A stretch of DNA of 64,000 bases, taken from Macrostomum lignano. Its lineage: Eukaryota. The notes below the pieces were generated by a model that was not told the origin of the DNA, did no database searches, and worked only from the letters and a program-made list of their open reading frames with translations. Below, piece after piece: positions 1 through 11,769 of the stretch. The translations under genes were made by a program, and so were the position numbers. Positions within the stretch are counted from its first letter, which is position 1. The number at the start of each line of letters is the position of its first letter. The stretch is from assembly GCA_002269645.1 (NCBI GenBank), contig NIVC01002283.1, forward strand, positions 123,112 to 187,111. The letters run 5' to 3'.

Positions 1-606
1 TCCCCTGTCCCCACTCTCCCACACTCCCCTGTCCCCACTCTCCCACACTCCCCTGTCCCTACTCTCCCACACTCCCCTGTCCCCACTCTCCCACACTCCC
101 CTGTCCCTACTCTCCCACACTCCCCTGTCCCCACTCTCCCACACTCCACTGTCCCCACTCTCCCACACTCCCCTGGCCCCACTCTCCCACACTCCCGTGT
201 CCCCACTCTCCCACACTCCCCTGTCCCCACTCTCCCACACTCCCCTGTCCCTACTCTCCCACACTCCCCTGTCCCCACTCTCCCACACTCCCCTGTCCCC
301 ACTTTTCCACACTCCCCTGTCCCCACTCTCCCACACTCCCCTGTCCCTACTCTCCCACACTCCCCTGTCCCCACTCTCCCACACTCCACTGTCCCCACTC
401 TCCCACACTCCCCTGGCCCCACTCTCCCACACTCCCGTGTCCCCACTCTCCCACACTCCCCTGTCCCCACTCTCCCACACTCCCCTGTCCCTACTCTCCC
501 ACACTCCCCTGTCCCCACTCTCTCACACTCCCCTGTCCCCACTCTCCCACACTCCCGTGTCCCCACTCTCCCACACTCCCCTGTCCCTACTCTCCCACAG
601 TCCCCT
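1..606. repeat. Minisatellite, 24-bp unit (tcccctgtccccactctcccacac), truncated by window edge
   Basis: Directly visible tandem copies; the ORF 197..664 (SPLSHTPL)n is only its translation. Confidence 0.97.
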
Positions 607-948
607 GTCAAACAAACGGATTGAAAATAGACAAAGAAAAGGCACCATCAGAACGAGTGTCTAGTAATGTGAACTACGCACGTATTTAGAGTTTGGGTTT
701 GGGTTTCGTCGTTCTTAACCTTATGGTTGGAATGTTTCGAAATGCTGCGCGCATTATATGTCAATTAGTTTACCTTAGTCTGTACTAATGCATCAAGGAA
801 GGAATGTATAAACAAACTCTGATGTTCGAACTTTGGCATCATATAGGTAAATCACAAATGTTTATATTATACTAGCCATACAATGTGTCTGGTGTTTGTA
901 CAAGCACATGAATAAACTCGCAGAGGCATTGTCACGAGTTGTCAGCTC

Positions 949-1380
949 TCAGTAGTGAAATACCCCGAATGCCACCGCCACGCAGAACAGGCTGTCGTTC
1001 ATGAAGATGTCCTGAACATAGTTGTCGCTGTCGCTGTCCCACAGACACCGGCAGGCCATCTTGACTCCCTGGCCCCTCTGCTCGCCAATGGCCACTTGGA
1101 CAACGAATTTGTACCGCTCGAATCCGTTGGCCCTCAGCCGGGCCTTGATCTCGTCTGTGAGCTCCTTGCACAGTCCACTCGTGGCCTCCTTATCGTAGGC
1201 CTTGTCCGTTAGCCGCTCCACGAGCACTTCGTGAATGACTGGCTTGGCCAACAGCGGACGGAATTTGCTCTCGAAGTTGGGCCGAATCACGTAGGTGTTT
1301 GCAACCTCCTCGCCTTCCTTCTGCTGTTGCTGTTGCTGTTGCTGCTGAGGCTGCTCTGTGGCCACTGGCTCGTCCTGCAT
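949..1380 (-). CDS. TCTEX1D2: Tctex1 domain-containing protein 2 (dynein light chain of IFT dynein-2), single exon, 143 aa
   Basis: Recognisable Tctex-1 family motifs YVIRPNF..KF, RYKFVVQVAIGEQRGQGVKMACRCLWDSDSDNY, SLFCVAVAFGVFHY; polyQ N-terminus. Confidence 0.92.
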   Translation of the reverse strand: MQDEPVATEQPQQQQQQQQQKEGEEVANTYVIRPNFESKFRPLLAKPVIHEVLVERLTDKAYDKEATSGLCKELTDEIKARLRANGFERYKFVVQVAIGEQRGQGVKMACRCLWDSDSDNYVQDIFMNDSLFCVAVAFGVFHY

Positions 1381-1576
1381 CTTGCCGAAGTCTCTTTAGC
1401 TGCGTGTTGAGTCTGTGATGTGGCAAGAGCTTCGCTTCTGTGGAATGCGAAACTTTTAGCAGCTATGCGCTCATTATATTATCGCCTGTCTCTAGCTTGC
1501 ATTTCTACTCCTGCTCCGCTGCGCACTCAAGCTTTTGGGCAGGGGCTGTACTGACACCGCGTACACTTGGCTTTTA

Positions 1577-1725
1577 GTTGTCATGGTTGCAGGTGGGGAG
1601 AGACTGGCGGAGCGAAGGATAGATAGAGAAAGAGAGAGAAAAAACGGAGTAATGGAGTAAGAGACGCGAGGTACACTCAGAAGAATGTACGAGGGGAGAG
1701 AGACAGACTGCGTTGCTAAGGGCGC
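1577..1725. promoter_or_regulatory. Bidirectional promoter with two RFX X-box-like elements
   Basis: GTTGTC-AT-GGTTGC at 1577-1590 and GTTGCT-AA-GGGCGC at 1712-1725, between the divergent ATGs at 1380 (-) and 1907 (+). Both are imperfect matches to GTNRCC-N0-3-RGYAAC. Confidence 0.5.
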
Positions 1726-1906
1726 CCCAACCTCTGTCTCAAAGTTACTGTTCTCTGGGCCACAACGTTCAGTTCAGTTGGCTGAGCGGCTTTTAAATAA
1801 GCCGTTCTATTTGAACGTTTTCGGCTCAATCTAGCGAAGCTTTTATCATCTTGAGCCGAGTTCTGAACGCCGAAGTCAAGCCAGCAACAGCAGCTGAACA
1901 GTCCAG

Positions 1907-4163
1907 ATGGAGGACGCCAAAGTTCAAGCGATGCGCGCCCACCAGCTGCACCAGCTGAAGAAGGAGGCCATTGTCTATTATCAATCCAACGGTGTCCCGT
2001 TGAAAATGGAGGACGCGCTCAACCAGATGTTCCGCGACCGGCCCGACTGCGTGTTCGGCTACCTGTCTAATTACTTTGCGCAGCTCGCCCTGCCGCCGGT
2101 GCTGAGCGGTGTCCGCTGTCACAAGAGCTTCGACGCTCGCGGCTGGGAGACCCTGGCCGCCGAGGTGACCTGCCGGCACCGGAACGAAGACCGAGTCGCC
2201 GGTAGAAGTCGTGCCTCGCTCCAGGTGACCGTCGGCGAGCACGACAAGCCGGAGGAGCGCGAAAGGGAAGCTCAGGAGCTTCGCCACCACGTGGAGGCCG
2301 CGCTGACTCTGGTGAACGAAGGCCCGTTGAAGCAGTTCGCCGAGCAGGGATTCGATCCGAGAGATCAGCGCGTCATCGACGAGTTCCTGCTGATGCAGCT
2401 GCAGGCCGAGGAGGACCGCGTCAAGGCGGAGCTGCAGCGCGAGCTGGATGAAGCCGGCGCGGCCTCCGGAGCGGAGGGTTCGGGCGCTGACGAGAATGCG
2501 TCGCCGCAGCATCAGCCGGCGGCTGCGGCTGGCGGCAAAGCCGGTGGCAGCGCGAAGAAACGCGGAGGCGGCAAAGGGGGCAAAGAGGTTCGGATGGGAT
2601 GCCGGTTTGGGGATATTTTTCGCTGGGACATTTTCAGCTGTGTATTCTGAAGAGCAGCGGTAGGGTAGCTGCAGGTAGCGGAAGCTCTCAGTGGTAGTGT
2701 AGGGTAGCGGAAGCTTGAGTAGGTAGAGTAGGTAGCGAAAGCTTTGAGTAGGTAGAGTAGGTAGCGGAAGCTTTGAGTAAGTAGGATAGGTAGCGGAAGC
2801 TTGAGTAGGCAGGGTAGGTGGCGAAAGCCCTCAGTAGGTAAAGTAGGAAGCGGAAGTCCAACCTACATGTAAACTCGATCGTCATCCCATACTCGTACGC
2901 TCGTACCAGATAGTCACCGTGCCTGACGAGCCCCGCGAAGGCCTCTTCCCGGGCTGCCTGGCGCTCAGTTGCCTCTCCGCAGCCTGCGCCGCCGCTGGCG
3001 CCAGCGCTGCCGGAGTGCCGCTCTACCGGCACCTTCGCCAGCAGCTGCTTGCTGACGAATCCGACAAAGACTGCGCGGACAAAGACTGGCGCCTGCCGCT
3101 GCCGATGCTGACCATCCTGAGCGGCGGCAAGGCCAGCCCCGGCAAGAGCAACTGCGTCAAGGAGTACATGATCGTGCCCAGACCGGGACTGCCCTTCGAC
3201 CGGGTGCTTCGCGACTCGGTCGCCGTCTACCAGCAGGTGGCCAAGACGCTGAGCGTCAAAGGCGGCCCGGCGGCTCGGTTCACCAACGATGCTGGCGCGT
3301 TGAACACCGTCATTGACCGGCCGGAAGCCGGGTTCGACCTCATCAATGACGCGCTGAAGGCGCTGGAACTGACGGACTCGTTCGATCTGGCAGCGAACAT
3401 CGCCGGGCACGAGCTGTTCGACTACGAGAAGGGAAAATATGACCTGGCTCAGGGCGCGCAGAAGTCGCCGGACGAGACTGCCGACTTTCTGGACGACCTC
3501 AGCGCTAAGCAGGCCTCGCTGGTGGCGCTGATCGATCCGTTGAGACGCGTCGAGCGCGACGCCTGGCTCCGGCTGTGCCAGAAGGCCTCGCAACGGTGTC
3601 TCATCGTTGGTGACGCGACTCAGCATCGGCCGGGAAGGCTGCTAGCTGAGCTGCAGCAGATGGAGGCGGAGGAGGCTGAGACTGAGCAGCCGCCGGCTGA
3701 GGAAGGCACTCAGCAGCAGCAGCAGCAGCAGCAGCCGCTTCTGACCTCTGCCTGGGTCGCTCGGCTGCAGCAGAGGAACACCGTCACGGAGCTGTTCGAC
3801 TGCGCCAAGCGGATGCGCAGCTCCGGCCAGGTTGTCGTGGTCGCCGTCGGACCGAGCGACAATGGCGACACGACAATTGTCGACCTGGCGGCTGCCATGG
3901 GCGCCAGGTACCTGAAGCTGGGCGCGCCGGTTCGAGCCGAGCGCATCGACAAGCTGCAGCGGCTGGCGGAGATCGGCGAGGAGCTGCGGGCTGCTGACCT
4001 GCTGAGCCAGTGGGAGCAGCTCAGCCCGCCTCTGGTCCGGCCGCGCGGCTCCGAGACGCCCGAAGGTGAGCAGCAGCCGCCGCAGCAGCAGCAGCCAGCC
4101 TCCGAGCATCAACCTTCGACTACCAAGAGTCGCAAGGGCTCATCGACTGCGTCCAAAGCTTAA
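1907..4163 (+). CDS. ENO4: Enolase-4-like (ciliary/sperm enolase-like protein); exons 1907-2587 and 2910-4163
   Basis: N-terminus LKKEAIVYYQSNGVPLKMEDALNQMF...YLSNYFAQL matches the ENO4-specific leader. Enolase fold motifs KEYMIVP and LKLGAPVRAERIDKLQRL present. Phase-0 intron GAG|gttcgg ... taccag|ATA keeps the frame. Confidence 0.88.
2655..2850. repeat. Degenerate purine-rich minisatellite in the ENO4 intron (gtaggtagcggaagcttgag-like)
   Basis: Repeated gtagcggaagc / gagtaggtag blocks. Confidence 0.85.
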
Positions 4164-4279
4164 AGTACAATACGTCGTACTTACAGTATGCACATGTAGT
4201 GAACGATGGCTGGAAAACTGACAATATAAATAATTAAAGAATTCTTGTTTCCGAACTGTGTATTAGAGACATGAGACTG

Positions 4280-4550
4280 TGTGCACTTTAAGCGACATTG
4301 TCACACAAACCGGCGAGAGGCATTACTGAGCATTCCGCCGACTCCCCTGAGCAGGCACACAAGCGCAAGGATACGTACGCAGTCACACGCACAGGCACAC
4401 ACTCACGCAGGAGTGTACAGCGGCCCTAACTTTATTTATCGTTAGGCATGTACACCTCACTGTGCCCGGGGGTTGGGGGTTGGGGGGCTGGCCCTCAAAG
4501 GCGTTAATTGCACGAAGTTAAATTTCCAATTTAGCCCCATATTAATGAGA
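4280..4550 (-). mobile_element. SINE family B copy (body and 3' part)
   Basis: Shares ctttaagcgacattg, ggccctaactttatttatcgttaggcatgtacac.tcactgtgcc and gcgttaattgcacga...tttagcccca with the copy at 21215-21458. Confidence 0.7.
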
Positions 4551-5299
4551 CGAAATGTGTAAAACATCTTTAAAACCCTCGCGTAAGCACAATTTTTTTC
4601 AGTCTCGCTAAAAAATAGTGCCTATGCTCTTCAAGTCTACTGAACTTTGACTCGGCTCAGTAGCAGCGCTGACCTGTTGTCTTTTCCTTCCACTTTGTTT
4701 CTCAAAATGATCATTTTTTCATTTTTTCGTGCTACTCGTAGCTTTTTTATTAATAATAAACCAGGCCAGACTGTGATGCTAATTAATATTGTCTTGCACC
4801 CGAACAAGACTAAAAAAATACAGAAGCCTAACGTAAACTAGCGTAACTCTAGCCAAAGTTGGTAACTTGCGCAGTTGGAAAACTGATCGTCTTGGATGTA
4901 CACCCAGGCTACGTACATTCTACCCCCGTCCGTATTCGGTTCATTGGTCGAAGTGGGGCGAAGATGGTGGAAAAACTTTACTGATAGGAGCTTCTGGTGG
5001 TCCGCGTTTCCTTCAACTTCTGTCTACGAAAACACCTACGCTTCCTCGACTAGGATGCCAATATTGGGGTGAAACTCCTCTGGGCGGATTAGTCACACTG
5101 AGGACGTAGCTATGAGTGCAAGTAAAAGCGAAATGCCATTCATTGCGATGCGCCACTGGAAACATTCTCTATGTACAGTGCCGCGGCTCCCAAGATCGTA
5201 AAAACGGTTCTATTCCAACCCTTCATCGTGGCTGGGCTTAAGGAGTTCTAAAGCCAGATTCTGGATTGGCGCAACTTTTTTTGTCAAACAAATGCATTA

Positions 5300-5590
5300 T
5301 TTTAGCGGCCTCTGACTCTCATTTTAGCGGCCACTGACTGTCACTTTAGCGGCCTCTGACTGTCACTTTAGCGGCCTCTGACTCTCACTTTAGCGGCCTC
5401 TGCTCTCACTTAGCGGCCTCTGACTTTCACTTTAGCGGCCTCTGACTGTCACTTTAGCGGCCTCTGACTCGCATTTTAGCGGCATCTGACCCTCATTTTA
5501 GCAAACCTCTGACTCTCACTTTAATGGCTCCTGACTGTCAGTTTAGCGGCCTCTCACTGTCACTTTAGTGGCTCCTGACTCTCACTTTAA
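5300..5590. repeat. Minisatellite, ~22-bp unit (tttagcggcctctgactgtcac)
   Basis: Visible tandem copies. Confidence 0.93.
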
Positions 5591-5993
5591 CAAACTAATG
5601 CTCTACGACTAAATTAGAAACTTTATGTATAGCAAAATATTCGAGAATTTAGCAAGCTTAACAAACGCAATTGCATTCCAAACTCCAGCTTCTATAATTT
5701 AGTACTCCTTCTGCCCCCTACGTCCCACGTCGCGCGCATCCGTCAGTACAGGGACAACCCCCCTCTCCATGGTCGATTGCGGGAAGGAAGGGAAAGGCTG
5801 CACAAGGCCAGGGTTCTGGGAAAGAAGTAAGAGGAGAGGGAGAGAGAGGAGCGCCAACTAATTTCTCTTTCCCAGAGTCAACCCCTTCCTCTCTGGGTCA
5901 TGGTAGCTCGTATAAGCACCCACTGCCGCTGCTATAACAAACGAAGAAACGCAGACCAAAGCTAGAGAAACAGTTATTAAACTTATCGCCATT

Positions 5994-8907
5994 ATGGATT
6001 CCACTAGTAAACTGTTGCTGCTAAGCTTAGCGCTAGCCTCCACTCTGACAATCTTCAATCCGGGATGCTCGGCTCAAGGTCAAAAAGCCGACGCGCCGCT
6101 CTATCCCGTGCTGTGCGACCCGGCACGCGAGGGCTGCATCAAGTCTCCGTTGAATTGTCGCAGCGTCTATCGCGGCGTCGGCTCTTCAACTATCGACGAG
6201 CAGCAGTGCAATTACGTGGCCGCTTGGCGCTACGTCGGCGGCGACCTCGAGGTAGAAATCAGCGGCCAAATTGGACTGAACGGCGGCTTCGTTGCTCTCG
6301 GACTCTCGCCCGATAAGAAGGCCAGCAGCGGCCTGGCTTTGGCCTGCTTCAAATCCTCCAAGAGTTCCAACGTTGCGGTTCAGCTGGCCGCTTACCGATC
6401 TGGCGACCTGACTGAGCTTCTCGCGCTGCCCAGCGTCCTGACCGAGGCGGACAGCGTGCCGCACTTTGAGCCTGATCAACCGCAGGTGGGCGGCTTCTAC
6501 TACGCCCTGCCCAAGCTGGGCTACTCAGTTATCGAGTGCCGGGCTCGGCTGCGACTGTCGGCGTCGTCTGATGCCCGGTTGAACTTTCTGAAACGGCCGA
6601 GGGATCCTTCGGTTTGTTTATTTGTTTTGTTTTTTGTGACAGTCAATGGTATTTGCCGGTCAATTTTGTCCACATTTTCCTGCTAAATGTGTTGTTCTTT
6701 GGTCCTTATTTCCCTGTTTCTGTTTTCATATTTTTGTCCCTATCCCTGCTACCTGGTAACGGTCCCTGTTGCCTGTCCTCTCCCCTATTCTCCGTCCCTG
6801 CTGCCTGTTCTGTCACATGTTCTCTATCCCTGCTCCCTGTTCCCCGTCCCTGATGCCTGTCCTGTCACATGTTCTCTATCCCTGCTCCCTGTTCCCCGTC
6901 CCTGATGCCTGTCCTGTCACATGTTCTCTATCCCTGCTCCCTGTTCCCCGTCCCTGTCTCCTGTCCTGTCACATGTTCTCTATCCCTGCTCCCTGTTCCC
7001 CGTCCCTGTCTCCTGTCCTGTCACATGTTCCCTATCCCTGCTCCCTGTTCCCTTGTCCCAGTTTCAATTGCTTGTCTCCTGTTTGTTATCCTGCTCACTT
7101 GCTCCCTGAACCTTGTCTCTGTTTTATCTACCTGTTTTTTTGTTCCCTGTCTTTATTCGATTACTATAAAAGCCACCTCTAATCGTGCTCAAGGTGTACA
7201 TGACGGCATCGCTGGGCACGGAGCCGCCTTCCCCCTCTGGCGAGGGTCTGGACAAGCCGACGTGGACCTACACCACCCCGGCCAGGAAGCTTTCGGTCGT
7301 TGGCGTCCGAGCCAGTCAGCCAAGAAGCGGATTGGCCAAAGCGCACGGCTGTTTCATGATCCTGGCCTGGGTCCTGTGCGCCTCTATCGGCACTTTGATA
7401 GCCAGGTACTTGGCGTGCGACTGACAGTAGAGCTTCATTGTTTTAAGTAGTGTTTTGCATTATTATGCCTCAGCAGTGGAAGGTCCTATGTCCTTGACCC
7501 AAGCCCTACATCCTTGACCCAAGTCCTACATCCTTGACCCAAGTCCTATAACCTTGACCCAAGTCCTACATCCTTGACCCAAGTCCTACATCCTTGACCC
7601 AAGTCCTACATCCTTGACCCAAGTCCTACATCCTTGACCCAAGTCCTACATCCTTGACCCAAGTCCTACATCCTTGACCTAAGTCTTACACCCTTGATCC
7701 AAGTCCTACATCCTTGACCCAAGTCCTACATCCTTGACCCAAGTCTTACACCCTTGATCCAAGTCCTACATCCTTGACCCAAGTCCTAAATCCTTGACCA
7801 AAGTCCTACATCCTTGATCCAAGTCCTAAATCCTTGACCCAAGTCCTAAATCCTTGACCCAAGTCCTACATCCTGGATCCCTAGACCCAATGCCTACTTC
7901 ATTAATTTTAAGTCCTACGTTTTCGATGCAAGTCATAAGCTTTTGTGCAAGTCATAAGCTTTTGATCCAAGAACTACGTCCTTGACCTAAGTCCTACGTC
8001 CTTGATACATGTCCTACCTCCTTGATACAATTCCTACGTCCTTGATACAATTCCTACGTCCTTGATACATGTCCTACATCCTTGATACAAGTCCTACGTC
8101 CTTGATCCCGATGGTTTTTTAATGCTATAAATAAAACTGCCAATATAAGTGCCCGATTTACAAACTTTTTCAATTGGTTTTATTATCTATTGATTAAAAC
8201 TGTCCTAATGTTGAATTCCCCCTCCAACCCGAACCCGCAGGTACTACAAGCTGCAGTGGCCTGGCCGGCTGCTCGGTCGCGAGGCCTTCTGGTTCCAGCT
8301 TCACCGCATTCTCATGGGCTTCACCTGCTGCCTGACGCTGCTCAGCTTCATTTTAATCTTCATCGATCTGCGCGGCTACAGCGGATTAGACAGTTTCCCT
8401 GAGCTGCTGCATCCGATCCTCGGCATCATTGTCACGATTCTGACCTTCATGAACCCGCTGATCGCTCTGTGCCGCTGCGACCCGAGCCACGAGAACCGGC
8501 CCTGCTTCAACTGGATCCACTGGCTAGTGGGCACCATCGCCTACGTGCTCGCCGTGCTGAATCTCTTCCTTGGCCTCCGACTCGAACGTGCTGGCGATCT
8601 CAGCAGCATCAATTATCACATCTGGCTGCTCATCTTCTTTGTGCTCTTCCAGTTTATTGTCGAAATCATACTGGAAATCCACACCCTGTACCATTGGAAG
8701 CGAAACAAGAAGTTGTGGCAGGCCTACAGACTCGAGCTGGAAGAGTACAATGCCGCTAAGACCAACCCGGTGTCGCTGCAGCCTCGGTCTCGACCGCTCG
8801 AGCCGCTGCCACGAGGGCGATGCCTTAGGGTGTTCCTGATGTCGCTGCATGGTGTTGTAGCCGCAGCCGTGGCCTGCATCCTCTGCATTGTGGTGCTGGC
8901 CTACTGA
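5994..8907 (+). CDS. FRRS1: Ferric-chelate reductase 1-like protein (signal peptide + DOMON + cytochrome b561); exons 5994-6611, 7173(or 7194)-7405, 8241-8907; ~505 aa
   Basis: Signal peptide; DOMON-like FVALGLSPDK; four b561 heme histidines (KAHG, FQLHR, LHPILG, NWIHW). Splice sites TCG|gtttgt, AG|gtactt...cgcag|G join in frame (618+233+667 nt = 506 codons). No reeler domain seen. Confidence 0.85.
6795..7060. repeat. Minisatellite, 52-bp unit, FRRS1 intron 1
   Basis: cctgtcacatgttctctatccctgctccctgttccccg recurs every 52 bp (6861, 6913...). Confidence 0.93.
7490..8107. repeat. Minisatellite, 20-bp unit (tccttgacccaagtcctaca), FRRS1 intron 2, with a degenerate second block from ~7965
   Basis: Visible tandem copies. 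Confidence 0.95.
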
Positions 8908-8939
8908 CGGGCGACCTCGGACGTTCTGACAAGTGATTG

Positions 8940-9268
8940 AGCCTGAGGAGTCTGATAGGGAACCTGAGGTGGAGTCTGACAGGTAGCCTGAGGTGGAGTC
9001 TGACAGGTAGCCTGAGGTGAAGTCTGACAGGTAGCCTGAGGTGGAGTCTGACAGGTAGCCTGAGGTGGAGTCTGACAGGTAGCCTGAGGTGGAGTCTGAC
9101 AGGTAGCCTGAGGTGGAGTCTGACAGGTAGCCTGAGGTGGAGTCTGACAGGTAGCCTGAGGTGGAGTCTGACAGGGAACCTGAGGTGGAGTCTGACAGGG
9201 AACCTGAGGTGGAGTCTGACAGGTAGCCTGAGGTGGAGTATGACAGGAAGCTTGAGGTGGGGTCTGAA
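8940..9268. repeat. Minisatellite, 24-bp unit (cctgaggtggagtctgacaggtag), just 3' of the FRRS1 stop
   Basis: Visible tandem copies. Confidence 0.95.
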
Positions 9269-9994
9269 AGTTTGCTTAATCTATTGTAAAAATGAAATTC
9301 ATTAAAATACCTAGCTAATTAATTAATTACCTTTTCCGACCATTTACAAGCAAACTACAAGTTAAAATGTTTTAAATTTTCATTGCAACGGAACCAAAAA
9401 TGTATTAAAGTACATCTGGAATATTTTTAACAAAATCACTGTAAATTGACAGGCTTCTGGTTTCTAAAAATGGACTTTACAAGCGTACTTTTCGTTTTTA
9501 ATTAATGAAATTATTTTATCGAAAAATTTTCATATCAAACTTATTTTCTAATCGAAAGGACAAAAACTTTTTTAGATACTGCGTTGAATTGCTTCAACTA
9601 ATTGTTTTTTTGTATTTGCTTTTTTGCTTTTATTTAGAATGTTTTCGCTTCTCGAATGCCTTACGGAAAGCTTTGCTATGTTAGCAGTTTTATACATGAT
9701 ATTTATTTCTTTTATATATCGAACTGTACTGATTCGGGCTTGAGTAGCCATTGAGAACCAACTGGAATGAGAACAGCGATAGAATTTTGGTACTCATTAT
9801 CCAGTCCAGTTTTAAACTGTGCTTCTATGCGCTAAAACAAAATATATAAACACTTGAACACTTAAGGCAAATATTATTTCGCTCCGTTAAAAAAATACAT
9901 TGGACGATGTTTAAGCTTCTCTCTAAGAGAATCACATCCAGTTACACCAGAGAGTCTCAACCTACAAGCGTAGATTCCAAACGGAGATTCTCAT

Positions 9995-11290
9995 ATTAGA
10001 TTTCCACCTGAGAGTCTGATCTAAGATTTCCACCTGAGAGTCTGATCTAAGATTTCCACCTGAGAGTCTGATCTAAGATTTCCACCTGAGAGTCTCATCT
10101 TAGATTCCCACCTGAGAGTCTGATCTAAGATTTCCACCTGAGAGTCTCATCTAAGATTTCCACCTGAGAGTCTCATCTTAGATTCCCACCTGAGAGTCTC
10201 ATCTAAGATTTCCACCTGAGAGTCTGATCTAAGATTTCCACCTGAGAGTCTCATCTTAGATTCCCAATTGAGAGTCTCATCTTAGATTCCCACCTGAGAG
10301 TCTCATCTTAGATTCCCACCTGAGAGTCTCATCTTAGATTCCCAACTGAGAGTCTCATCTTAGATTCCCACCTGAGAGTCTCATCTTAGATTCCCACCTG
10401 AGAGTCTCATCTTAGATTCCCACCTGAGAGTCTCATCTTAGATTCCCAACTGAGAGTCTCATCTTAGATTCCCACCTGAGAGTCTCATCTAAGATTTCCA
10501 CCTGAGAGTCTGATCTAAGATTTCCACCTGAGAGTCTCATCTTAGATTCCCAATTGAGAGTCTCATCTTAGATTCCCACCTGAGAGTCTCATCTTAGATT
10601 CCCACCTGAGAGTCTCATCTTAGATTCCCAACTGAGAGTCTCATCTTAGATTCCCACCTGAGAGTCTCATCTTAGATTTCCACCTGAGAGTCTCATCTTA
10701 GATTCCCACCTGAGAGTCTGATCTAAGATTTCCACCTGAGAGTCTCATCTAAGATTTCCACCTGAGAGTCTCATCTTAGATTCCCACCTGAGAGTCTCAT
10801 CTAAGATTTCCACCTGAGAGTCTGATCTAAGATTTCCACCTGAGAGTCTCATCTTAGATTCCCAATTGAGAGTCTCATCTTAGATTCCCACCTGAGAGTC
10901 TCATCTTAGATTCCCACCTGAGAGTCTCATCTTAGATTCCCAACTGAGAGTCTCATCTTAGATTCCCACCTGAGAGTCTCATCTTAGATTCCCACCTGAG
11001 AGTCTCATCTTAGATTCCCACCTGAGAGTCTCATCTTAGATTCCCAACTGAGAGTCTCATCTTAGATTCCAACCTGAGAGTCTCATCTTAGATTCCCAAC
11101 TGAGAGTCTCATCTTAGATTCCCAACTGAGAGTCTCATCTTAGATTCCCACCTGAGAGTCTCATCTTAGATTCTTAACTGAGAGTCTCATCTTAGATTCC
11201 CACCTGAGAGTCTCATCTTAGATTCCCAATTGAGAGTCTCATCTTAGATTCCCACCTGAGAGTCTCATCTTAGATTCCCAACTGAGAGTT
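9995..11290. repeat. Minisatellite, 26-bp unit (tcttagattcccacctgagagtctca), with two variant types and higher-order structure
   Basis: About 50 copies; marker variant cccaattgag recurs at ~10263, 10550, 10861 and 11226. Confidence 0.97.
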
Positions 11291-11769
11291 TTATTTCAAA
11301 GCCCTACAATTAGCAGCTGAGAATCTCATCTATTAAATCTATTATTTCTCCTATCCAAGTCTCACGAAAGAGTACCAGTTAGTATTATAAAGTCATTCCT
11401 GAGTAATAAGGATAGTTTACATCATAAGATCTGGCTCGTGTTATACTAGAAATGATACTTATAGGCAATATGGAAAGCGCAGCAATATTTCTTTTCAAAT
11501 CGAATTCACAACTCCTGTTTGTCCTTTGATGCCTCAGGCTTTTGATCATGGGAAAAGTTTTGCTTAAACAGCGCCTTCGATTTTCGAGCCAACTCTTGCA
11601 ATCGGAAGGGTCGCAAATGGTTTGTGAGTTCAACAAACTTCTCTGTGTCCGTTTGAATCTCCAAAACGCTGACCTGTAAAAAATGATATAGGTTGTTTAG
11701 AGGTTTTTTTCATTATTTAAGCTTAGGAAACTCAGCTGTGACCATTTTTGGGTTGTTGATGCTCTCCTC

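Noticed and set aside
5090-5190. CTGAGGA...GCGAAA hammerhead/Penelope-end-like segment
   Set aside because: The 10.1-11.1 pair is C-C and no stem I partner follows a cleavage triplet.
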